Below, in pieces: positions 47,610 to 59,800 of a DNA stretch of 64,000 nt. The notes under the pieces were generated by a model. That model was given only the letters and a program-made list of their open reading frames with translations, did no database searches and was not told where the DNA came from. Made by a program: the position numbers and the translations under genes. The number at the start of each line of letters is the position of its first letter. The first letter of the stretch is position 1. The stretch is from Takakia lepidozioides (lineage: Eukaryota > Plantae > Bryophyta). The stretch is taken from the NCBI GenBank assembly GCA_030704615.1, contig CM060731.1:38936001-39000000 (forward strand), read 5' to 3'.

Positions 47610-49889
47610 TTACTCAAGACCATGTCTCGCATGTCGATGCAAAGCCTCAGTCCATCTAGAGAGCTTCCTCTCAAAGACTTCATCACTCCATCTATACACA
47701 CTGCCCAAGGAAACCAAGTGGGAGAGCCTCCCTAGGCGCTCATGGCGGGGGATGATCCGCTTAGTTAGACTGTAGCTGAAAAACTGCGGGAATTGCACCA
47801 GCTCTGCACGTGAACGTTTCATTGAGTCAACAAGGTATCTGTACTTGGGATCTATAACAGTGGCCACACAGAAGCCCAGCAGTGATGGTAACCTCCTCAC
47901 CATGTCTGCCAATTCTTCCCTAGTGAATCCGAGGTTGAGAAAATAACTCATCGTGGGTTTCAGATTCTTTTCAACACTGAGCGTGAGCAACTGGGGATGC
48001 CGCGTCACCAATTTGCCAATATCCTCAGGCTGAATTTGTATGCTTTCCAAAAACTTCACATTTGGTTGCAGCTTGCCCTCCACACTGTAAGCCAAAATCA
48101 TAGGCTTTGTCTTCAACACCTTCAGAAGGTCTTGGCCTTTCACACCAAGGCTGTGGAGGAACTTCACGGTTGGCACCATATTCTCATCCACACTCAAGCC
48201 AAGCAGTTGTGGGGCATTGTAAATGACCTTGCCCAGGTCTTTCTGTTCGAGGCCCAAGTTAAGAAGAAACGCTGTCTTCACCTCAAAGTTGTGGCGATTC
48301 TTCAGTAACTGTGGATGCCGCCTGAACAGCTTGCCCATCAGGCCTGGCTCCACACCTAGCTTTTCCAGGTGCAAAACTGTTGGGCGAAAGTCCTGATCAA
48401 GATCGTAGCAAAAGAGCCATGGGAATGATGTCACAATTTTGTCAATGTCATCAGTGCTTGCATTGATGCTCTTCAAATAGTCCCCAATGGGCTCTAAATC
48501 CTTTCCCACATCACTGTCCAGCAATACAGGCCGGCGCACAAGAAGACCACCAATGTGCTTTCTCTGCACCCCTATCTGCTCTAGGTACTTCACCAGAGGC
48601 CCAAGCTTCCTCTCTGCATCTTCAGTGAAAAGAGTTGGATCCCGGATCACCAGCCTTCTTGCATCTTTCAATGATATGCTCAAATTTTCAAACAGCGCCA
48701 TGGTGGAGTGGAGATCCCTAGCTACATCTCGACCTAAAATCTTTGGATACTTTGTGACTATCTTTCCTATCTCCTTAGGTGTAAGACCAATACTAGTCAA
48801 GTATTCAGCTACCAGAGCAAGGCTGTCGCATTGATAGGTCAGGAGTTGAGGCCAGCTGGAGAGAATGCCTGGAAGATGCTCGTACCTCACTCCAATGCTG
48901 CGCAAAAACTCCACTTTTGCCATCACCACGTCAATTCGCCGGCTCACGAAAGGGAGCAGTTGGGGGATGTCGACGGCCTTCATGCCTATCAGCTGGAAGT
49001 AGAAGACGAGTCTAGCCAGCCCTTGGAAATCTGCACACATAGTCACCCTGGCTGATAAAGATAGAACCGTTCCTCCCCTTGGGCCTTCAGTCTTATTGTT
49101 TTCCTCATCTTTAAAAATTCCTGCCCTTGACTCAAGATCAGCTCCTTTCTGTGTAGGAACTGCAGGGTTTGATTTCGAAACATTTCCTCTTGAAGCCAAT
49201 GTTTTTGATTTGAGCCCACCGCTAGCTACACTACTATCTCTGTGGTTGTGAGAGACGGACACCGGCAGAACGGCTTCCCCAAAGGATTCCTTGGCTTCTG
49301 CAATCAGGACATCGATAAGCTCCCCAGAGTGCCTCACAAACTCGAACGCATAGCCTGGAGTAACCCCTTTTTGTTCCAGCAAGTCCAGGAGGCCATTCAT
49401 ACCTTCATTTCTATCTCGGCGGGAGAAATTTGTGGAGCCTTCAAGAGCAAGTGCCTTTCTTTCCAGGAGAGTGGGCAACTGGCTGGCACCCACCTTGCTT
49501 GTTGCAGCTGTTGGCGGGGACACAATGAGATCTTGAATGTCATCAAATTCATGCTTCTCTGCGATGTCTTGTTCTTTCTGTCTCCGTAACGTCTCTCTCG
49601 TCGTCTTTGCTTCAACGCCCTCGCCGACAATCGCAGACCGTGCAAACTTAGCGGTTCTTGAATCTCTTTGGACTGCACGCCTGTGCATGAACAAATTGAT
49701 GCGCCGCTCATTGCATTCCCTTCTCGGTGAAGGCAAGAAAACTGACTTGCTTGAGATCCCGTCAGCATCGCACCGAACTGACTTGTGACACCCTCTGGAC
49801 TCGAGCAAATCCCACAGTGGGCTCGACTTCTGCTGTAAAAATGACACATTTCCACTGCATGCAGACCGAATACATCTGATCTCATTCAT
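47610..49889 (-). CDS. mTERF-family organellar nucleic-acid-binding protein, intronless, 759 aa
   Basis: Tandem ~36 aa mTERF repeats (..YL..IG....IGKIVTKYPKILG..) and terminal FPQFFSYSLTKRIIPRH; S/R-rich N-terminus consistent with a transit peptide. Confidence 0.92.
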   Translation of the reverse strand: MNEIRCIRSACSGNVSFLQQKSSPLWDLLESRGCHKSVRCDADGISSKSVFLPSPRRECNERRINLFMHRRAVQRDSRTAKFARSAIVGEGVEAKTTRETLRRQKEQDIAEKHEFDDIQDLIVSPPTAATSKVGASQLPTLLERKALALEGSTNFSRRDRNEGMNGLLDLLEQKGVTPGYAFEFVRHSGELIDVLIAEAKESFGEAVLPVSVSHNHRDSSVASGGLKSKTLASRGNVSKSNPAVPTQKGADLESRAGIFKDEENNKTEGPRGGTVLSLSARVTMCADFQGLARLVFYFQLIGMKAVDIPQLLPFVSRRIDVVMAKVEFLRSIGVRYEHLPGILSSWPQLLTYQCDSLALVAEYLTSIGLTPKEIGKIVTKYPKILGRDVARDLHSTMALFENLSISLKDARRLVIRDPTLFTEDAERKLGPLVKYLEQIGVQRKHIGGLLVRRPVLLDSDVGKDLEPIGDYLKSINASTDDIDKIVTSFPWLFCYDLDQDFRPTVLHLEKLGVEPGLMGKLFRRHPQLLKNRHNFEVKTAFLLNLGLEQKDLGKVIYNAPQLLGLSVDENMVPTVKFLHSLGVKGQDLLKVLKTKPMILAYSVEGKLQPNVKFLESIQIQPEDIGKLVTRHPQLLTLSVEKNLKPTMSYFLNLGFTREELADMVRRLPSLLGFCVATVIDPKYRYLVDSMKRSRAELVQFPQFFSYSLTKRIIPRHERLGRLSHLVSLGSVYRWSDEVFERKLSRWTEALHRHARHGLE

Positions 49890-50814
49890 TCAAGCCGAAT
49901 GCTCCGAACATGAGAGACCCTGGAAGCGAGGATTCTAAAGTTGAGAAGCAGAGGCAGGTCGATACAGGGCCACCCACCTCCCAAGCAAGATCATAAATTC
50001 AAGATTCAGCACGTTGGACGAAAATGCAAAATAGAATCTGCGACCCACCCACCATCGTTTGAGTCATGCACACCAATCTGTTCTGATCGACAAGCGTGGC
50101 GCATACCTCGGATGTTCTATTCGTGGGTTTCTCCACGAGGGATGCCACATGTCGTCAAAGAATATATCCACGTAATGCGATGATGCTTCGACGGTGGCTG
50201 AAACCTGAGGCCACCTCGCAGTACACAGACACGGCAACCAGTTGCAGTTTAGAGAGCTACATTCAACTCTGAATTGGAAACTAGTCTTTCTCCTATTTCT
50301 GAAGTTGTGAAGCTGTTTCAGTTTCTTCTTTGGGTTTTTTTGCTTGTATGTTTCCATTTTTTTGTAGTGAAAGGTGATCTATTTTTCCACCTGCAGGTAT
50401 AACTTAGTGTCCTGTGAAGTCTTGCTGTAGTCACAATCGTCTTTCTGTGCTTTTGAGTTCTGAGATGAGTTCTTATAGGTGGCAGATGAGGGATCGACTG
50501 TTCGTGTGGGGCTGCCCTCTCTCTATTTCTCCGTAGCTCTCTGTGTTCTGATCAGTTGTCTAGATTGTGGAGGTTCGGCTTGTGGATTCTCTTTCACACA
50601 GACACACACACACATCAGAATTAGAGTTTCCACGTGACTTGTGAGCCAGCTCGCAATCTCTCGCTCTGCGTTGCAGGTGGGTATTTAATCTGGGACTTCT
50701 GTGGCATACGCTGTGCAGTTGCAGTCTCATTGCAATTAGATCTTGCGTTCTCCTCTTTTCTGGATACGTCCGCACGGTAGCCTTTCCATTCTTCCCCACC
50801 AACTGTTTTGGTCA

Positions 50815-53800
50815 ATGGCATCGGAAGAGGGCCCGCCCTGTCCTTCTGGACAGCCTAAATCTTCGTCAATTACACCGCCGAATTCTCCTCCCAAGTATCC
50901 CCCGTCACCAGATTCGCCCCCAAAATATTCGTCCCCACCGAGCTCGCCCTCAGCCACAGTGCAATCTTCAGAGCCCCTGCCAGATTATCAAGCATGGAAG
51001 TCAGACGACTCAACACCAAAGGAGGTGCCAAATTCTTGCAATACTTCGAAAGCGTCCCAGACTCATTCATCGATTGCAGCCCTAGACTCCCAGCTTGGTC
51101 CGCAGGATTTAAAGCAAGAGGTGTGTCCAGTCCCAACCCTTGCAGAAATGGAGATTTTGGAGACAACGACTGCAGCTTTAAAGTATGGTGTGCACACTAA
51201 AAGTGCATCTGATGGTGCGGATGTCCGATGGTATTTTTGCAAGACTCCGCTACCTGCCGATGGTACATCACCTTTTACTTCCCTGCAGAGAGAGAGAATG
51301 AGATAGAGTTTGTCGAATCTGGGGTGTCCTCCCCATGCATGTCTAAAAAAGAGAGAAGAAGAACCAATGGAAACAAAGCAAAAAATCAAACCATCTTCCT
51401 GCAGGCCTCTAAGCACTTGGGTTCTCATAGCTGAGGGCTGCTGCTAGACAGAGAGAAAAAGAGAGATCAAAAGCACTTGTAGACAGAAGAGGTGGAGAAA
51501 ACCATCAACCAAATTATCAGATGTAGTATATTTTAGTCAAAGGAGTAAATGGCTTTGCGTTGCTATAATTCTGTTGGTTTGAAGCCCACTGAATCCTGTG
51601 TTTTGGAGGGCAAATGGGATGTTCTTTGAAGTTAGGGCATTAATTCAAAACTCAGTAAGACTGCATTTGATTCTGTAATCATTGTCATTCTTTGGAGTGT
51701 GGCAATTTCATTTGTGACGTGGAGTTTGTCTTCATAGTTGGGTGTTTATAGTGGTGTGCTATATAGGTGTAGGGGCAGCTGAATGGGGGAGGAGAGAGAG
51801 TGAAGAGGATGTGATGGAATGATTCGGTTGAAGGGAGGGGCTGCAGAAGTGGCGGCACTAGTTCCTGCATCAGAGGTGGTGGGCAAGGGTGACTACTTCC
51901 GCTTCAGTGTCCGTGACTCCCTTGCACTGGAGGCTGCATTTTTGCAGGTCTTCCCTCTCTCTCTCTGTCTCTCTAATTTGGTTTAGGGTTTAGCGGGTTT
52001 GGCGTGGGGTCAATGGCCACAAGGCTACGGCAAACAACGTCTTATGAGTACAATCTCTAATTTGGTTTTGGTGGGTGCGAACCCCACAAAAGCCTCCGGG
52101 AGGGTTAGTTTCCCGCGGGGTCAATGGTCGTAAGGCTTTGACAGGCCAACGTTCGCAGGGAATGGCGTGAGTACATTCTCTCTCTTGGGAGCCTACTTTT
52201 GAACAACTGACAGATGCAGAGAGGAAAAGGAGATTGTACTTGCCTGATGTGGGGGCGCCTGAGGACAATATCCATTTTTTGTTACATAGACCAGGGTGTT
52301 CTCACCAGAGAGTGACCCTCTTCAGGAACTTCAAGACCATTGTTCCTTCATCTCTGTTCACCAACTTCCAGAATCTCGAGGCTGAGCCTAAAGTCCTGGT
52401 CCTGTTGGGGTGTAATGGCTGGGCTGCTCACACACAGCAGATTGATTGATGCTCGTGTGAAGGGCAGGCTAGAGAATATCTGGAATCGTTTATATCAACA
52501 TCTTATGAGTACATTCTCTCTCCGTCCCTTTCTCTTCCATTCCGGTCGCGGTGCTCAAAGAAAGCATGTCTGCCTGTTCTAGAACAGCTAATGTGGCTGT
52601 TCAGGGCGAGTTTGGGACCTCCCTTAAGCTCTTGATGAGATGACTTTAAGGTCAGACGGTGGGGTCAGTTGATTCGGATGTCTAATACCAGATACCCTAA
52701 GATAATAAACACTACTTCTTGGAAGCAAGACTGGCCTGTTAAACAGGCAAAGTCCTGGCGGAAAAGCGTAGAAGAGATTTTCAAGTATCTGAATATCAGT
52801 CCAGAAGAAATGATGAAGCTGACCTGGAGGGGGTTGTGTCCAAAACCATGTCTGATGCCCAAAGACTGTCTGATGAAAATGAAGTTAGGCATAAAACTTC
52901 CCTGAACTTGTTTCCAGTCTCTGACATGGGCAAGGACCTTAAGGATGATCTGAAGGGCCTATCCTTGTCATGAGACTGAAATGTAAACTCAGGGCGGGGA
53001 GCCTACCTTTGAACAATAAACAGATGTAGGGAGGAAAGGGGATTGTAATTGCCTGATGTGCGGGCAACCTGGAGACAATATCCATTATCTGATATATTGT
53101 CCAGGGTATTCTCACCAAAGAGTGACCCTCTTCAGGAACATGAAGAACATTGTTCCTGCACCTCTGTTCACCAACTTTCAAAAGCTTGAGGCTCAGCCTA
53201 CAGCACTGGTCCTGTTGGGCTCTTCACTTCTGGGCTGCTACCAACACACAAGAGAGCTTGTGTGAAGGAGGTGCAATTCTGGTGGGCTCCTGAAGACTAT
53301 TCATTTTCTGATACACTGTCCGGGGTTCTCTCACCAAAGAGACGCTCTCTTCCAAATCTATTAAGGGAATTGTGCCTGTTACCCCTGTTACCAACTTTGA
53401 AAGTCTCGAGGCTGAGCCAAAAGCCCAGGCCCTCCTGAGGCCTAGTTTTGGGCAAATCACACACAGCAGATTGATGCTTGTGTGAAGGGATTTCTAGGGA
53501 TATCTGGAAAACCCGGATTAATTCTTTTATGGAGGTAATCTTACTACAACGTCAGCCCCTGACAGATGGTAGGTTCTGTCCCTTTGTTCCGCTCAAACTG
53601 GGCGCGGGTCATGGCCACAAGGCTACGGCAAACAACGTCTTATGAGTACAATCTCTTGCCTGCGAATTTCTGATACATTGTCCGGGATATTCTCACCAGA
53701 GACCCGCTTCATGACAATCAAGAACATGGTCTCGGCACCTCTGTTCACCAACTTTCAAAATCTTGAGGCTGAGCTAAAGCCCTGGCCCTGTTGGGGTCTC

Positions 53801-56800
53801 ACTTTTGGGCTACTCACAGCAGTGATGCTTTTGTGAAGCTTCCTAGAGGATATCTGGAAAGCCTGAACTAATTGTTTCAATCAAGGCATACTACCAGAGT
53901 GTGCCCCTCACAAAGGTAGTTTCTTGTCCCTTTTGTTCTGCCCAAACTGGGTGCAGGGTCTATGGCCACAAGGCTACGGCAAACGCAGTCTTATGAGTAC
54001 ATCCCTTGCCTGCCATGACCCTCCTCTCAATATCAACCATCATTCAGGGTGTGTGACAAGTGATCGGTATTTCTTAGCCTGGAGAATGCTACATAAGTTT
54101 GGCGTGACAAAGTGCTTGTTTCTCACATAACTGTAACTCTGCCATATTTTCGAACTGGGTTTTTGGTCTATCAGAGGGAAGAAGAGTTCGTGTCACAATG
54201 GTGGAAGGAGTATGCCGAATGCAGTGAAGGTCCGGTAGCAGCATCAGGGCGATCAGTTGTGCTTGAGACAGTGGAGCAAAGTGAGGCTATGGCAGGGGAT
54301 CAGAAGCCAGTTAGCCGATCGACCAGTTCAATCAGAGATCATATGTCCCATGGTGGCAACCAATCAGACTTTGACGAAGGGGAGAATGTTGGGGTGCTTG
54401 TGAAGGGCGGGCTCTATGAGGTTTGTGTAATCCTGAATATTCCAAATTACATTTGTCTCTTTGTTGTAAGAGGATAACATGCTAAATGCTATTATTTGAT
54501 GGGATGGAGGGTAGGTGGATCTATGGCGAAGGCGTTGTGTCCCAGTTTATTGGAGAGGGGAGCATCGGCGTGTGTTGCGAGGCCACTGGTATGCCCGCAA
54601 GGGTGGCCTTGATTGGCTGCCATTGCGCGAAGACGTGGCTGAGCAACTGGAAATCGCATATCACAGCAAGGTATGTCTGAAGGGGGACAAATAGAAAGAA
54701 GTAGAAAAGAATGAAGATATTGCCCCCAAACCTTCTTCATACAGATCTTTCCTTTGATCTCTTTCTGTGGTGCAGTTTGTTTCTGCATGTATTTGAAACA
54801 GAATATCATTAATTGGCATTGAACTGGCATACAGTGATGTTGTTGTTATGCTTTACTTGCCTGGAGAAGAAAACTGAATTTTTCCTGCTTGTGTCTAGTT
54901 ATGGCGCCGCCGAACTTATCAACCATCTGGACTCTATGCTGCTCGTGTCAATCTGCAAGGCAATTCTCTGGTCTGTTGCCCAACACCATGTCCACACATC
55001 CCACATAAGAGACAATGTACTCATAAGATGCTGTTTGCCGTAGCCTTGTGGCCAGAGACCCTGCACCCAGTTTGGGCAGAGTAAGAGGGAGCAGACACTA
55101 CCTTTGTGATGGGCTCATTCCATGGTGGGACTTACCTTGGTAGAAACATTAGTTCGGGTTTTCCAGATTTCCTCTAGAAAGCCCTACATCAATGTGTTGT
55201 GGCTCAGCCTCGAGATTTTGAAAGTTGGTGAATAGAGGTAGTATGTTCTTGATGGTCCTGAAGAGGGTTGCTCTGTGATGAGAATAAATATCAGAAACGG
55301 ATATTGACAATCTGCATCTTTTTATTGTTCAAAGGTAGACTCCCACCCTGAGCTCTAAATTCAATGCCGAGGGTGGTAGGCCCCTCAGATCATCCTTAAG
55401 GTCCTCACCCATGTCACAAACTGGAAGTTTGTGTTCAGGGAAGTTTTTTGAGAAACTTCGCTCCACACAAGAGATAAATGAAATGAAATGAAATGAAATG
55501 GTACTTTATACCCTCCGCAGAAAGCTCAAAGAGCTTATGGGACAAAATTGAAAAAAACAAGAGAGAGGAGACAAAACTAGAGCATAAAAGCAGCCCAAGC
55601 CCTACTATCGCGCCGGGATTGCCTAAGGGTCAAGGCTCGTGCAGGTAAGCTGCCAAGCATTTCTGATCTCATAATAGAAGAACCTCAGTGCAGAGTGAGT
55701 CTCCACGGAATAGACAGGTGAATGTCCAGGGATCTCATATACAGAGGGCCCTAATAGAATGGTCTTCATTTTCAATTTCCTGTTGGCGCCGGTGTGAGAG
55801 CTGGGCCCGCTGTGCGGTCCTCCGTTGCTGGTTTTACGAACTTGCCCAATGCCCATCCAGGAGGGAAGGAGATAAAGGCGCCGAAACCGGTAATGGTGCC
55901 GCAGATTCTCATCAGCGCGAGGAACCATACTGTCACTCCCAATAGAAATGGAGTTTTGTTGTGAGAGTGCCCGCTGAGCTTCCACCTTCTCCTGACGCGC
56001 GTAGTGTCCATAAGTGTTTATGCTAGGGTCTGTTGCGATCCTGTTATGGATGTGATTTCCACCCCTTCTGGATTTCTGTGGGCACTAGCGAAGCAATAGA
56101 GAGTCCATTGTGCTACAAACATATGCCACTTACCAGGAGTGCTTGAAACCCTGCTGTTTTCATGAGCCTAATAGATGTGGCGAGGGCTCTCGGCACCGCC
56201 CCCTAGTGGATTCTGGGCTTGTACCCTTTTAAGAAAGATTGTAAGCCGGAAGAGGGCTCGGTTTATAAAGTGGCCAACGCACGAAAACTCTGCACAAGGA
56301 TATCCCCGATGAGGGGGTGTCTCTGGCACCAAGCATTGCTTGGAGAAAGATGACTGTGCAGCGGTTCCAGATGTTTTTCCCACGGTGTGGCGTTGTTCGA
56401 ACCAACCATCAGTGGCGGCCGGAGGTGACAACAGGTGTCAACTAGCCACCATCTCTTGGTTGGGGGCGGTTCAGATGTATGTGTTGCATTTGGCCTGAAG
56501 TTGGAAGGAGGCAGCCGTCCCCTTGTCAAATCTGCTCCAGGGCCAGTTTAGGTGAACTGGAAATGTTGGGTGAGTGGATATCCAGACCAAGCATTGGTAT
56601 AATTTGACAACCTCAATTTCCTGTTGGAGATGAATCTGCCTAGTCCGCCTGGCCATTAAAAAGTATGATCTTAGTTTTGCTCAGACTGACCTGCAACCCT
56701 AGTCTTTGCGGAACTCTTCTAGGATGCGAAGATGGCGGCATTAGCACGTAGGCATATTGTACGGACGCCGACATCCACCCAACCAGGAAGCCAGGAGATT

Positions 56801-59800
56801 GTGCCAAGAGGGCAACATTAATCAGTATAGAGGAGTGCTGATTGCGTTGGCTCCCCCATCCAGAGCACCCAACTCCATGGTTCTTGACCCGATGCCGTAA
56901 CTCTCTCAAAGCGTCAATGTAGATCCGAAAGTGGTAGGTGAGACGGCGCCAGCCCCTTTTGGCCCAGTGTTGCCTGTGCACCTCTGCTGAGCATTCCCCT
57001 GCGACGTTGACATGACCAACAGACAATCTCATACATGGATCGTATGGCATAGATGATGTCTGGAGGGACCCACCCCATCCTGTGTGAGTACGCCCTGGAA
57101 AAGGTCTCGTTAGGACCCAAATCAAAAGCCTTCGAAAGTTTTACCACCCGCAAACAGTAACACCCATCTTTTGTCATAGCTTGCCCATTCTACCATAGTC
57201 TGAAAGTGACAATGTGGTCAAGAGTGATCAGTTGCGACGGAAACCTGCTGCCCATAGCTCTACGCACATCTGAGAGGATCTGATTCGCCCACATCATCCA
57301 GTGATGTTGGCCACACTGCCCCCAAACAATTTAGCCAGTAACGAAGACCCACTTATTGTGCGATAGCGGTGGTCGGTGCGAGCCTGTCACTCTCTTGAAG
57401 AGGGGGTGGATGATGCTCTTTGTTTCAATCTCGTTGGAAAGCCATGTTGCACTGCAGTATTCATGAAGAGATGGGCTATAAATGGGAGAGAGAGCCCATA
57501 AACCTACAACGAAAAGTCCACAGTGGGGCCTGAGAGCTATAGACAAGCACAGAAAGAGGAATACAGAGACTTTAGAACACGCATCAGGGCCCCAGTGCCG
57601 AGGGCCAGTTTGCAGCAAGATCACATTCGCAAACGACACTGTACATATGGCGGATAGACTTTGAAGTGCAGTAACCTGCCATTACAGCTTCATGCCCCTC
57701 TAATCCTCAAGTCCTTACCGAGTGAGCTCTCAAAGGAGACAGTAGTATTGGACCTCGTAGATGTGTGGGAAGCACAAATGGTTCCGTGGACACAAGGGTC
57801 ATATGAGTAGTAAATTCCATTACTCTTGTGAGAGCTGACTTGGAATGGGTCATTCAAGGCCGAAGAAGGGGTGAGGAACTGGCGAATGGTGAGTTGTTGA
57901 GGGAGCTGGTGTCCAGGTCCTCACATTCATTGACCGTGGATCCTCATGAAACCCTCAAGGATGAGCCGATCCCTGGCTTCTCTCGTGAGACTGGCCTCTA
58001 GTTGTGGAGCAAAGGGTGGGAAGGGCTCAGAAAAAGATACTGTTGCCCAAAGAATCTACCCCTGCTGAACAACAATGTGGATCCCAGTTTTGTTAATACC
58101 TGGACCAGCAAGTCTGGACTGGCAGCCTAGGGGATGGTAAGGGCCGGAGATGGTGAAGAAAGATGATGACCTGAAGACTGCCTCATATTCCAGTAGAAAT
58201 ACTGGAATTGACATCACTGATTGGCACAGGGAGATGCCACGCAACCATGGCTTTTCTTGGTGGTGCTTGAATGTTACTGAGAAAAGAATCATGACCTCTT
58301 CATGAAACACTGATATGCAGACCCAAAAGTTTAATTTCAGAGTAGGAAAAGCTTGTGAATTAAGAGAAAATTCTGGTTTTGGTTTTGGATCACAGGGCCT
58401 GCATGCGCGGTTCACGGGAGAGGATGACTCGTGGGAGGAATGGCTGTCTGTGGATGCTTCAGGCATCATTCGTACGTGTTTTGCGGGGTCTGAAGGGAAA
58501 TGGTGTGAGACTTCGCCGCGTTCTCCCTCCCAGCAGTAGTTACACCCACTACGAGCGACTATATCATAAGCAATGTTAGACTGCTAATCAGTTTGACAGA
58601 ACTTTATTCCCTGTTTGCGGCCTATGGTCTCAAGGTATTTCGCCAAACCCTATCCTCAGGGTGTTAAGGCCAATGCTTGCTATGACAATGGGGATCGTCT
58701 ACCATGGGACCTCTAAGAGCTCCATATGAGGTCCCAAACTCTGAGTCCCCCTATATAGGCCTCCACAACTGAGCTTTTGACTTCGCAGATTGTGGCACGC
58801 AGGATGAGTTGAAGCAGCGCAAGGAAGAAGAGCTGGACGACTATGCTTCCCAGGTTTGTCTTTCTCGTCGTCGAGGAAATTTATTATTTGCTTAACAGGT
58901 ACTTGTAGATATATTTCTGTGGACATTCCAGGTGCGGATGCAGCTACCCTGACCAGAGTTGGTTTTGATCAGTGGCCCAAGTACATTTGACACTTGGTCC
59001 CAGATTCAGGCATCTTTGATTTTGGATTTTCGAAAGCCTTAGCATGCTTGAGGAAATGCGTAAGGTAGTACCAAGACACATGAACTGAATTGGAATATAT
59101 GTACATGAGGCAGTCAACTTTGTGGTACCTGAGAACTGTTCTAGAAGGACTTTGCAAACTATTGTGATTTCAATGCCCAAGGTAGTAATCACTCAATTAT
59201 CTCCCTTTTAGAAACCGCGACGGAGTTTACCCTCCGGAAAGAATGTGCTTCCTGAGCCGCTTTTTCCCGGGGCTGGGCATAGATCCGTTTGGAGATACAA
59301 GAGTGTGGTAAAGAGTGGGTCAGCACATCACTCTGTTAATGTGCCATAGCATGGAGTAGGCATTACTCCATTTCCAAGGACTGTGCCCACAAGTTCCTTT
59401 TTTGTTGGAGACAACAATTCGACTGATGTGCATGTATTCTAGAGTTATAAGCCCGTGTGATGATAATGCATCGAATCATGCTTCTGATAGTTGTGTTACG
59501 ACCCAATGTATGGCTGCTACTATACGAGTCACAACTATGAAGTATGGGGATTGAAACAAGGTTCTGTGCAGGTGCCAGTGCGTCATGTGGTCTTTATGGT
59601 GCATGGAATTGGACAACGGATGGAAAAGGCCCAATTTGGTGGATGATGTGGGTGCTTTCCGGCAGATCGTCTCTGCATTATGCGTCGCAGGTCTATCACA
59701 TCAGCGCAACTGCGCATCGCCTTCCCTTATGCATTCTGAAACCACGTGTGTGCGAAGAGGTTTGGCGGCCCACTTTGGCTCAGTTCGGCGCTTACTCTAA

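Noticed and set aside
51981-51995. TTTAGGGTTTAG telomere-like sequence
   Set aside because: Under two units and overlapping a TSD boundary; not an interstitial telomere array.
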